From contig NC_008312.1 of assembly GCF_000014265.1 (NCBI RefSeq), positions 4,110,001 through 4,142,000 of the forward strand: a stretch of 32,000 bases of DNA, read 5' to 3'. Every line of letters begins with the position of its first letter. Positions within the stretch are counted from its first letter, which is position 1. This document shows positions 19,512 to 28,436 of this stretch, one piece after another. The position numbers and the translations under genes were made by a program. The notes below the pieces were generated by a model, which searched no databases, was not told where the DNA came from, and saw nothing but the letters and a program-made list of their open reading frames with translations. The DNA is from Trichodesmium erythraeum IMS101. Its GTDB lineage: Bacteria; Cyanobacteriota; Cyanobacteriia; Cyanobacteriales; Microcoleaceae.

Positions 19512-20651
19512 ATGCAGTATTCTCTTTTAAAGAAATTTCAAGGTGCTTTACTAGGAGCAGTTTTAGGAAATTATATAGGTTCTCATTTTGAGTATCAGGT
19601 CAGAAAAAATAGAGGAAATTATAAATTATTTATTAATCAGCATAAATGTTATCTATCAAATTCACAGAAAAACTACTTACAAAAATGGGGAGAAGCTACA
19701 TTTAATTGCGCAAAAAGCTTAATTAGCCAACAAGAATTTAATGAAGAGAATTGGCAGAAAGTTTATATAGAATGGAAAAATAAATGGGAGGACCAAAAAG
19801 ATTATACTGGTGAACCCAACAAAATCAAAGATTCTCCAATAGAATTAGAAAAGTTAGTAAGGAGAGTTAATGATAAGGAGTCTAATTTTCAATACATAAA
19901 CGATGATGTTTTGATTCCTACAGCCAGTAATGCAATTATTGCTAGCTTGCCAGTTTCTTTGATGTATCATGAAGATGAATTAAAACTCCAACAAAAATTG
20001 CGACAATGGGGAAATGTTTGGCAAAATTGCTTAGAAGTAAACCTAAGCAATTTAGTTATTGGATATACAATAGCTCAAGCCTTGACAGAAAGATTAGACC
20101 CTCGAACCATCATACCGAAAATTATCAATTATATTGGAGAAAAAGAATCAATAGTAGACCAACTTAGACAGGTAGAAAAATTGATTAATCAGGGAGCAAA
20201 TTTAGATGCGGCAATAAATATTTTTTCAAAAAATGTTAGTTTTTTTGATAATGGGCAAATATCTAATGAGGGTCAACAAAAATCCCAATCTTGTACTTTT
20301 TTTATACCTATTTCTTTGGCCTTATACTGCTTTCTAAGTACCCCGGAGGACTTTGGTTTAGCAGTATTGTGTTCTGCAAGAACAGCATGGTCAACTCAGG
20401 TTTGTGCCATAGTAAGTACTTTATCAGGAGCTTATAATAGTATTGCTGGAGTTCCTGTGGAATGGCGACAAAAAATGGGTGTTGAACTGTTGGGAATGAA
20501 AGATGAAGTAGAGATTATGAAGTTGGCAAAAAGCCTTTGGGCAGTTTGGTGTGGGGTTTATGATCCAAATAATCTGACACAAAGTCTGGTTCCAGCAGTT
20601 GCTGCGAGCAATGTGATTCGTCCTCGCCCTTGCCCAGCTAATGGATATTGA
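19512..20651 (+). CDS. ADP-ribosylglycohydrolase (ARH/DraG) fold protein, apparently lacking the canonical metal-ligand motifs
   Basis: The N-terminal FQGALLGAVLGNYIGSHFE aligns by eye with the family start G.LLG...GDALG..E. The C-terminal CAIVSTLSGAYNSIAGVPVEWRQKM aligns with A..GAL.GA.YG...IP..W. I chose the ATG at 19512, whereas the track starts at TTG 19494. Confidence 0.75.
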   Translation: MQYSLLKKFQGALLGAVLGNYIGSHFEYQVRKNRGNYKLFINQHKCYLSNSQKNYLQKWGEATFNCAKSLISQQEFNEENWQKVYIEWKNKWEDQKDYTGEPNKIKDSPIELEKLVRRVNDKESNFQYINDDVLIPTASNAIIASLPVSLMYHEDELKLQQKLRQWGNVWQNCLEVNLSNLVIGYTIAQALTERLDPRTIIPKIINYIGEKESIVDQLRQVEKLINQGANLDAAINIFSKNVSFFDNGQISNEGQQKSQSCTFFIPISLALYCFLSTPEDFGLAVLCSARTAWSTQVCAIVSTLSGAYNSIAGVPVEWRQKMGVELLGMKDEVEIMKLAKSLWAVWCGVYDPNNLTQSLVPAVAASNVIRPRPCPANGY

Positions 20652-20666
20652 AAACTCTATGATGTT

Positions 20667-23192
20667 TTGACATCAAGAAATATGTATCTGACACGTTTGA
20701 TTGGGATATTATTTAAACCCCAGAAAAAAGGACAAGTATCGCGTTGGTCAACTCTGGCAACTTCGCCCATGTTGGTCATACTAGCAATAGTATCTCTAAC
20801 CGCTACTATGGGCCAGCGATATTATAACCAGCCAGAGTTAAAAGAGGGAACTATTGCTCCTCAAATTATCCGCGTTCCTCAAGATGATACGGTGATAGAT
20901 CATAAACTTACTGATGAGAGACGTAAGTCAGCTAGACTTGGGGATATAACTGTATTTATGATTGATCAATCAGTTAATCGGAAAGTAGATAAGGAATTAG
21001 AAGAAATACTAACAGTGGGTAATAAAGCTAGATATATGGTTGCTAATTTTCCTTTTGTAAATACAGGTATATTATCAACAATTACTCAGCGATACTTACG
21101 TCAAGTTTCTCAACAAAAGTGGCAAGCTATTCAAAAGATAGTGGAGGAAGAGTTACAAGAAAGACCGCCTGGACCTGAGTCAGAAAGAAATGTTTCTGCT
21201 AGCTCAACTCAAAAAACTCGAAAAGTTACAAATGAAAAGAATGATATTATACGCCCAACTTCAACAGATGAGGAATTGTCAAAGGGAAAATCAATACTGG
21301 CAGGTAATCAAAAAAATAGTTCTATAGTGGTTAGTAGTAGAGATAAAAAAGTAATTTCAGAGTTACTAACTTATCGTAAAAAGAGTTTATTTGAAAACTA
21401 CCTCAAAGTTTTAGAGGAAGTTTCACTTGCTCGCAATTTTTATAAAAATGCTAAAAAACTTTTGGCTCAAGAGCAAGAAAATGAAGGTTATGAGGTATAT
21501 GATCATACTTTACTAGAGCTGTATGATTCTACTTGGCAGAAAACTCAAATAGGTATTAAAACTGTAAAAGATCGTATGTTGGCTCAAGGAATATCACCAA
21601 ATTTCCCCAAAAAGAAATGGGTGAATGCAATAAAAGCACAAGTAGTTGGTGTGCTGCCATTGGAAACTCAAGATTTAGCAGTCAATATTTTGAAGAACAT
21701 TTTGGAGCCGAATTTAGCTAAAGATCAAGATGAAACTAGGAAATTAGTAGAAAAGGAAGCACAAAATGTTAAGCCTGTGCAGTATAAAGTTCGTAAGAAT
21801 GAAGTTATTGTTAAAACAGGAGAAAAAATTAACCGTAAGGCATTTGTGCTTTTGGATAATTTTTCTTTGAGTCGCCGCAGAGTCAATTGGCGTAGCTTGG
21901 TGGTATTTGTGTGTATTGTGAGTGCTTCTGTAGCTATAGTCGTTATAGTAGGAAAAAAATTTCAATCCTGTTTAAGGCGCAGAGATCATATACTCTTATT
22001 GTTGTTAAGTTTGAGTGCGCCATTACTGGTGGCATTGAGAATACCCTGGACTAGTAGTTTGCCAGCAATTGGTTTGTTGGTGGGAAATTTCTACGGTTCA
22101 ACTATGGGAGTAACATTGGTGGGGTTGATATCTGTAGTACTGCCTATTGGTATGGATGTTGACAAAATAGATTGGTTTGCTAGTGCTGTTGGTGGTATTG
22201 TTGGCAGTCTAGTGGTAGAAAAAATGCGATCGCGTGAGGAACAGGCACTTTTAGGTGTAGGGGTGGGTTTAACTCAAGGTATGGTGTATTTGTTGACAAA
22301 TTTGATTGTTCGTGCTAATCCTGGATTGTTATGGTATGCAATCATCGGTCCAGTGGGTTGGCAAGTACTAACAGGTTTGATTTGGGGTATCGTGGCTTTG
22401 GGTTTGAGTCCGTATTTAGAGCATTTGTTTGATTTAATTACTCCGATCCGTTTGTCTGAGTTGGCTAATCCTAATCGCCCTTTGTTGAAGCGTTTGGCAT
22501 CGGAAGCACCTGGTACTTTTCAGCACACTTTGTTTGTGGCAACTTTGGCGGAAGCAGCAGCACGAGAAATTGGTTGCAATGTAGAATTGGTGAGAACGGG
22601 TACTTTATATCATGACATTGGTAAAATGCACGATCCATTGGGTTTTATTGAAAATCAAATGGGTGGACCGAATAAACATGATGAAATTAATGATCCGTGG
22701 ATGAGTGTAGAAATTATTAAAAAGCATGTTACTGAAGGGTTGGTGATGGCTCGTAGACATAGATTACCAAAGGCTATTCAGGCGTTTATTCCTGAACATC
22801 AGGGTACAATGTTAATTGCTTTTTTTTATTACCAGGCAAAGCAAAGATCTGAGAAGGAAGAGAAGGTAATTGAGGAAGAGCTTTTCCGCTATGCAGGTCC
22901 TATTCCGCAGTCACGGGAAACAGCTATTGTGATGTTGGCAGATTCTTGTGAAGCAGCGTTGCGATCGCTTAAGGATGCGAATCATAAGGATGCACTACAG
23001 ATGGTGAAGAAAATTTTGCGGGCACGGTGGCAGGATCATCAATTGGTTGATTCTGGTTTGACGAGAGGAGAAATCTCAAGTATTGCAGAAATTTTTGTAC
23101 AAGTTTGGGAACAGTATAATCACAAACGTATTGCTTATCCTAAAGGGGCAATAAATCCAAATCAGGTAAAGACTGTAAAATCTAGTTGTTAG
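20667..23192 (+). CDS. 7TM receptor with intracellular HD-domain phosphohydrolase (PgpH/YqfF family, HDIG protein)
   Basis: The architecture is an N-terminal TM, an extracytoplasmic domain of about 380 aa, a 7-TM block (residues about 410-590) and a C-terminal HD domain. The HD domain has HTLFVATLAEAAA, LYHDIGK and IPEHQGT. The start is either TTG 20667 or ATG 20682. Confidence 0.9.
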   Translation: MTSRNMYLTRLIGILFKPQKKGQVSRWSTLATSPMLVILAIVSLTATMGQRYYNQPELKEGTIAPQIIRVPQDDTVIDHKLTDERRKSARLGDITVFMIDQSVNRKVDKELEEILTVGNKARYMVANFPFVNTGILSTITQRYLRQVSQQKWQAIQKIVEEELQERPPGPESERNVSASSTQKTRKVTNEKNDIIRPTSTDEELSKGKSILAGNQKNSSIVVSSRDKKVISELLTYRKKSLFENYLKVLEEVSLARNFYKNAKKLLAQEQENEGYEVYDHTLLELYDSTWQKTQIGIKTVKDRMLAQGISPNFPKKKWVNAIKAQVVGVLPLETQDLAVNILKNILEPNLAKDQDETRKLVEKEAQNVKPVQYKVRKNEVIVKTGEKINRKAFVLLDNFSLSRRRVNWRSLVVFVCIVSASVAIVVIVGKKFQSCLRRRDHILLLLLSLSAPLLVALRIPWTSSLPAIGLLVGNFYGSTMGVTLVGLISVVLPIGMDVDKIDWFASAVGGIVGSLVVEKMRSREEQALLGVGVGLTQGMVYLLTNLIVRANPGLLWYAIIGPVGWQVLTGLIWGIVALGLSPYLEHLFDLITPIRLSELANPNRPLLKRLASEAPGTFQHTLFVATLAEAAAREIGCNVELVRTGTLYHDIGKMHDPLGFIENQMGGPNKHDEINDPWMSVEIIKKHVTEGLVMARRHRLPKAIQAFIPEHQGTMLIAFFYYQAKQRSEKEEKVIEEELFRYAGPIPQSRETAIVMLADSCEAALRSLKDANHKDALQMVKKILRARWQDHQLVDSGLTRGEISSIAEIFVQVWEQYNHKRIAYPKGAINPNQVKTVKSSC

Positions 23193-23384
23193 TTATTAGT
23201 ATATTTATGATCTTAAAAATAGACAAAACTTATCTATGACTATTTTTCTGAACTATATAACAAAAATGACCTATGGTGTGCTTCATTATATGGTCAATGC
23301 GCTGTCTGGTATATAGATTTTGGGTGGCGACTCTGAGTAAGTTTTACCTTCAAATAAACAAGACAAAGATATTTTCAATATTCA

Positions 23385-24116
23385 CTAACCTCTTTGAGGG
23401 TAGTCTTCCCATAAATTAGTTATCTGGCGCAGACTAGAATGTTCTCCGTTACCGATAATAATATGATCTAGTAAGGGTATATCTAAAATTTGCGCTCCTG
23501 CTAAAAGTTGTTTAGTTAAATTGATATCTTCAGGGCTTGGTTCGACATTTCCTGAAGGATGGTTATGAGAAATAATTACTCTGCTTGCACCTTGGCGAAT
23601 CACTTCTCCAAAAATTTCGCGGGGATGAGCTAATGTTTCTGTTGCTGTACCAATAGTAATTACCTGAGTTCCGAGTAAGCGGTTCTTTACATCTAATAAT
23701 AAAACAGCAAATTTTTCTTGGGTTTGCCACATCAAATCTTGACTCAAGGCATCAGCAGCAGCTTGGGGACTTTCAACAACTGCTAATTCTGGAGGGCGAG
23801 ATTGAAATACTCTTTTTCCTAATTCAATAGCAGCGAGAATAGTTGTTGCTTTCGCTGTACCAATACCATGAATTTGAGTTAATTCTTGAACTGTAATATT
23901 ACGGAGAATTGAGAGGGGGTCACGCTCATATTGACTTAATTGATTTAATATGTATTGTCCGAGGCCAACAGCAGAGAGTTTTCCTTTTCCTTGACCCGTA
24001 CCTAGTAGAATAGCAATTAATTCTGCCGTCGAAAGACTTTGAGAACCACAGGCAATTAATCTTTCCCGTGGTCGTTCATTACTAGGTAAGTCTGCTATTC
24101 TGAGGCTGTAGGTCAT
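23385..24116 (-). CDS. radC: RadC-family JAB/MPN-domain protein (UPF0758)
   Basis: It has the JAMM motif [15 protein letters not shown] and an N-terminal helix-hairpin-helix [21 protein letters not shown]. It is 243 aa long. Confidence 0.93.
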   Translation of the reverse strand: MTYSLRIADLPSNERPRERLIACGSQSLSTAELIAILLGTGQGKGKLSAVGLGQYILNQLSQYERDPLSILRNITVQELTQIHGIGTAKATTILAAIELGKRVFQSRPPELAVVESPQAAADALSQDLMWQTQEKFAVLLLDVKNRLLGTQVITIGTATETLAHPREIFGEVIRQGASRVIISHNHPSGNVEPSPEDINLTKQLLAGAQILDIPLLDHIIIGNGEHSSLRQITNLWEDYPQRG

Positions 24117-24326
24117 TTCTAGTTATTACTTATTAGTTATCAGTACTTCTAGCTGAATTATAAAACTTGAAATACTAGAGTTAATTTTTTTCAACATAGC
24201 ATAGTTTAGTCACAGATAAATTCGATAAACACAAAAATTTTATAAAATTCAGTATTATTTATTATATTGCAATATTATTCTTATTTATAGAATCAACTTT
24301 AGTTATAAAAAATCAACAGGTTAAAT

Positions 24327-24872
24327 ATGGCAATACTCAAACTAGAAGACGGTACAATATACACTCAGCTTCACGATATTTCTCGTGAACTTTCTTCTCT
24401 AAACATTCAACTAAATCATTGGCCTGTAGGAGATAATCTAGAAACTCATAATCTACTGGAAAAAGATGTGCTTAGTGATGATCAAAAAGAAGAATTCTTG
24501 CAAAGTGTGGATCACTATTTTGAGGAACTAAAAGAAACTGCTGGTTATCAGTCACGAGACTTATTGGCGATACATCCAGAAATTCCTAATCTTGATGCTA
24601 TCTTATCAAAGTTCGATAAGTGTCATACCCATGCAGATGATGAAGCACGTTATATTGTGGCTGGAATTTGTATTTTTGGTTTTGTACGTCCCGATGATAG
24701 TCAAGTCGAACTAACACTACAGCCACAAGAATATATTAATATACCAGCTAATACAGAACATTGGTTTTATTTGACACCAGAAAAACGGGTTAAGGCTGTG
24801 AGATATTTCTCTTCCACAGAAGGCTGGACTCCTCATTACACTTCTACGGAAATTCATTTTAAAAAATCATAG
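24327..24872 (+). CDS. mtnD: Acireductone dioxygenase (ARD, methionine salvage), cupin fold
   Basis: This is a 181-aa ORF with HTHADDEARYIVAG and the EHWF cupin metal-ligand pattern. The length is typical of MtnD. Confidence 0.88.
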   Translation: MAILKLEDGTIYTQLHDISRELSSLNIQLNHWPVGDNLETHNLLEKDVLSDDQKEEFLQSVDHYFEELKETAGYQSRDLLAIHPEIPNLDAILSKFDKCHTHADDEARYIVAGICIFGFVRPDDSQVELTLQPQEYINIPANTEHWFYLTPEKRVKAVRYFSSTEGWTPHYTSTEIHFKKS

Positions 24873-25211
24873 TATAAAGTATTAATTGAGGTAAATATAA
24901 ACTACTCAGGTACTTACTAATTACTACTATAGTATTGTGTATTTTTTGTGATTCTTTCCGATATTTACACTCCCTCATTTATATGGTGTAGTTATGTACA
25001 TCCTACTACCAAAAAAGATAGTACAAAAACTAGCCAATAAATTTATAGGTAATACCAATTTCCATGGATTAATACTATAGTTAGGCAGCACTTTAAAAAT
25101 TTAAGTGATTAACACACTCTTGTCATAACTTTTTAAGTGTTTTGATCAAGTGTTAATATTAATGTTAATGTTAATTTTTAGATGTGTTATATGGATGCCT
25201 TTATACAACAT

Positions 25212-25256
25212 CCCTAACCCCACTTTTTGACTCCCTCTTCCTAAGAGGGGTTAGGG
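25212..25256. repeat. GC-rich nested hairpin element with an adjacent ACTTTTTGACT motif
   Basis: The outer stem is CCCTAACCCC (25212-25221) / GGGGTTAGGG (25247-25256), a perfect 10 bp. An inner alternative stem is CCCTCTT / AAGAGGG (25233-25249). ACTTTTTGACT lies at 25222-25232. It stands out in an AT-rich spacer. Confidence 0.55.
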
Positions 25257-25836
25257 GTGAGTCTCCTACTATTGAGAAATGTAAAAAACTTTTTTAGAAA
25301 TGGTATAAACTATTGTAGAGGGTTTGATTTTCTAACCTCTATCATAAATTTGATATTGATTTTATCAAAGAATATGAAAAAATCTATAGGCAATAAGAAA
25401 TGAATTTTTAATCAGGAATATAGGAAAGGCTTTAGTTCAGCAACTTAAATAAAAAAAATGTCTTGCTAATTGGTAGATTTTATTGCTCTATAAGCCTGAC
25501 TAATAAATAAGGTCTTAAACCTCATTTTCTAGGGGGTAGAAAAAGGAATTTTTTGATTTTTTTTTACTTTCTGTTAAAGCTCAAGGTAATAATAACTAAT
25601 AAATGAAATGATAAGCATATCGAGGATCAGCACCATTACACTCATTGTTTAACTCTTCTAGTTTAACCTGAAGTATATAGCATTAGAGGTTTAGTCTTAC
25701 ATATAGGTGTAATTAATTTTGTTTGCCTGTTTAAATCTCATTTTTTTTGCTTCCTATCTTAAAAAAAACAAGTATAAATATCTTCGTTATTCCTATTAAT
25801 GCTAATCTAAAATTATACAATTCACTAAAAAAAACT

Positions 25837-26874
25837 ATGAAATACAACAAGCTTGGCGATAGTAACCTTAATGTTTCAGAAATTTGTTTAGGCACGATGA
25901 CCTATGGACTACAAAATACTATTGAAGAAGCTCATCAACAACTTAATTATGCTGTTGCTGAAGGTATTAATTTTATTGATACGGCAGAAATGTATCCCGT
26001 GCCAAGTAGGGCTGATACTCAAGGAAAAACAGAGGAATATATTGGTGAATGGTTAGTTAAACAACAACGGGATAAGTTAATTATTGCTACAAAAGTTACT
26101 GGTCCTAGTCCTAGAATTACATGGATTCGTGGGGAAAATCGTAAAGTTAACCGAGCTAATATTCAGCAAGCAATAGAAGATAGTTTGCGTGCTCTTCAGA
26201 CTGACTATATTGACCTTTATCAAATCCATTGGCCTGACCGTTATGTGCCTCTATTTGGTGCCCCAGATTATGATCCAAATAATGAGTGGGATTCGACGCC
26301 TATTGCGGAGCAATTAGAAGTATTTGCAGAGTTAATTAAAGCTGGAAAAATTCGTTATTTAGGAGTAAGTAATGAGACGGCTTGGGGACTGTGTGAATTT
26401 TGTCATCTAGCAGAAAAATTAGGTTTACCAAAAATAGTTTCGATTCAAAATGCTTTTAGTTTAGTGAATCGTGTTTTTCATATTAATATAGCTGAAGCTT
26501 GTCGATTTAATAATGTGGGATTAATGGCTTATAGTCCTCTAGCTTTTGGTATTTTAACAGGTAAATATTTGCAAGGAGTTCCTGAGAATTCTCGTCTAGC
26601 TTTTTTCCCCGGATTTGACCAACGTTATCGTAAAACAAATTTGACTGAAGCGATAAAAAGTTATATAGAAATTGCCAATAAAAATAATATGACTCCGGCA
26701 CAATTAGCATTAGCTTATGTGAATTCTCGATGGTTTGTAGCTAGTACAATTATTGGAGCAACAACTATGGAACAACTGAAGGAAAATATTAGTAGTGTGG
26801 AGATAAGTTTGACTGAGGAAATTATTGCTGAAATTGATACAGTTCATGCTAAATATCCTAATCCTACACCTTAG
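25837..26874 (+). CDS. tas: NADP(H)-dependent aldo/keto reductase, Tas-like
   Basis: From the ATG at 25837 (MKYNKLGDSNLNVSEICLGTMTYG...) the 345-aa product is collinear with my recollection of E. coli Tas. Shared segments are GINFIDTAEMYPVP, QTDYIDLYQIHWPDR, GKIRYLGVSNETAWG, VSIQN.YSL.NR and STIIGATTMEQLKENI. The track start at 25747 adds an AT-rich, implausible leader. Confidence 0.93.
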   Translation: MKYNKLGDSNLNVSEICLGTMTYGLQNTIEEAHQQLNYAVAEGINFIDTAEMYPVPSRADTQGKTEEYIGEWLVKQQRDKLIIATKVTGPSPRITWIRGENRKVNRANIQQAIEDSLRALQTDYIDLYQIHWPDRYVPLFGAPDYDPNNEWDSTPIAEQLEVFAELIKAGKIRYLGVSNETAWGLCEFCHLAEKLGLPKIVSIQNAFSLVNRVFHINIAEACRFNNVGLMAYSPLAFGILTGKYLQGVPENSRLAFFPGFDQRYRKTNLTEAIKSYIEIANKNNMTPAQLALAYVNSRWFVASTIIGATTMEQLKENISSVEISLTEEIIAEIDTVHAKYPNPTP

Positions 26875-27101
26875 AATAAAATCTGAAGGAGTAAGGTAAA
26901 ATTTATTAAGTTATAGTAGGTTATACTTTGGGGATACCAATTAATTTTTTAAGGTTTTACAAATAGTTTCTAACTTTAAGTTTTAAATAATTTCCTGAAA
27001 TTACTGGGTTTTTCAAAGTTTTTAGCTGATAAAATCTTAATGGATAAATGCATGACTTCTGTGAAATAGTATGAGGTAAATTTATCTCGGATAAGTAGGG
27101 C

Positions 27102-27127
27102 TATGGACGTTGTATACAACGTCCGTA
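27102..27127. repeat. Palindromic hairpin element (ACGTT..AACGT family)
   Basis: There is a perfect 20-bp palindrome GGACGTTGTATACAACGTCC (27105-27124), extended by 3 more pairs. It shares the ACGTT/AACGT core with 13436-13461. Confidence 0.55.
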
Positions 27128-28049
27128 CAACATAAGAATAATTAAGGCGCTTTTGGTTTTTTATTATCAAAAAATCTACTATTTATGTATTAATTACTGA
27201 ATAATTAAAGTTTCACCTAGGTAGAAAGTTATTTACTTACTTTGGATATAAATTACTGTCAATTTATTCTGAAATACTTCTATTATTAATAGTGATTTAT
27301 TTCTCAGCACGACTGCTATAATTCATTTGAATAATTTTTTTTTTGATTTACTTTTTATAGTGCTTTTACTTCAGTTATTTACAATTTACAGCTCAAAGTT
27401 GGTTCTAGAAAATATGTAAAAAAATAATGTGTAAATACCCTAGAATGTGATGCTATCTAAATTCTATAAAAGCGAAGGTCTATTTTTGTTTTTATGGAGA
27501 GAATGTGGCAACTAAATCTAAAACAATTTTCAGAAAATTACTGGTTTTATAAATATTTTTCTCTAAAATAATCCTGAGTTTATGTTGTAAAATATAACTG
27601 TTTTGGTTGATAAATGAAACTGAAGCTAGACAAGTTAAGTAATTTGTTGATCTTGAATACAGTTGGCAATTATATATCTTGAGTTGAACTTAATTTTTTG
27701 AGGTTTATCTTTAAGAAAACTAATTTATTGCAAATCCTGTATAAGTACGAATTTCTGGGGGATACAACCCTAATTTTTTTGACTTTTAGGAATACCTACT
27801 ATTGATTAAATCTAAAGCTGTTCTATGTTCTAATTCATATTCGTAAATCCAATTTTTATGATTAATAATTTCTCAGTTCACTATACAACTATGTACCTTT
27901 TTTACTTTTAAATATCCTACAGTTAGTAACAAATATTTTTTGTGGTTTTTAGTAATTATAATTTTTCGAGATCAGTTACTTTAAGCTTATGGTCAATTAG
28001 GATATTACCCGAGAGTTTTAGTAATAATTTGATGATAATTATTTATGAT

Positions 28050-28285
28050 ATTTGTTCAAAAATAATCTCTTTGAAACTATGTTGACGTTTACTTTTGCTG
28101 ACATTCGAGAGTTTAACAGTGATATCATCACTAGCACTGGTAATAATTTTGCCATTAGGACTCTAGGCAACTTCACGCAATTTATCTTGATGTTCTCCGA
28201 TGTCTGTCAGCTCTCCCGTTTCAATATTCCATGTTTTTCAGATGCTCCCCGGCTTAAATATATGGGGGTTGGTTCTCACAAAAAG
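28050..28285 (-). pseudogene. WD40-repeat protein gene fragment (relic)
   Basis: The minus-strand translation is ..KPGSI*KTWNIETGELTDIGEHQDKLREVA*SPNGKIITSASDDITVKLSNV.. This matches the WD40 unit pattern SGS.DKT.KLWN..TGE....L.GH.D.V..VAFSPDGK.LAS.S.D.T.KLWN. It has 2 in-frame stops and no start. The track ORF 28052..28288 (+) is its antisense shadow. Confidence 0.55.
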
Positions 28286-28365
28286 TGATTCTTTTATGAA
28301 ATAATATCTTGATCTATAAAAGCCATTTAGGATTTTTTTCAAGAAAAGCGATCGCCTAAAAATAC

Positions 28366-28413
28366 GAGGAAGGGATCAATGAATATGCTGGTTTATTAAT
28401 TCAAGAAGAAAGG
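28366..28413 (+). pseudogene. Isolated copy of the 3' tail of a mazE-like antitoxin gene
   Basis: It reads EEGINEYAGLLIQEER and is preceded 2 codons upstream by a stop. It is 42/47 nt identical to 31615-31662 (..EEGINEYADLLTQEDR..). Homology ends where the G-run/ACTTTTGACTT module begins. Confidence 0.6.
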
Positions 28414-28436
28414 GGGGGTCGGTTAACTTTTGACTT
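28409..28436 (+). repeat. Direct repeat module DR-L (AAAGGGGGGG-N6-TAACTTTTGACTT)
   Basis: The sequence is AAAGGGGGGGTCGGTTAACTTTTGACTT. It overlaps the stop codon of the CHAT gene (28435-28437). It is paralogous to 31023-31052. Confidence 0.6.

Noticed and set aside
21744-21965. Track ORF, 73 aa on the - strand
   Set aside because: It is an antisense shadow ORF within the PgpH-like CDS.
26507-26710. Track ORF, 67 aa on the - strand
   Set aside because: It is an antisense shadow ORF within the aldo/keto reductase CDS.
26976-27170. Track ORF, 64 aa on the - strand
   Set aside because: It spans the 20-bp palindrome, so the ..VVRTLYTTS.. segment is simply the hairpin translated. This is a typical repeat-derived pseudo-ORF.
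28052-28288. Track ORF, 78 aa on the + strand
   Set aside because: It is antisense to the WD40 relic, and the minus strand carries the recognisable WD40 pattern.
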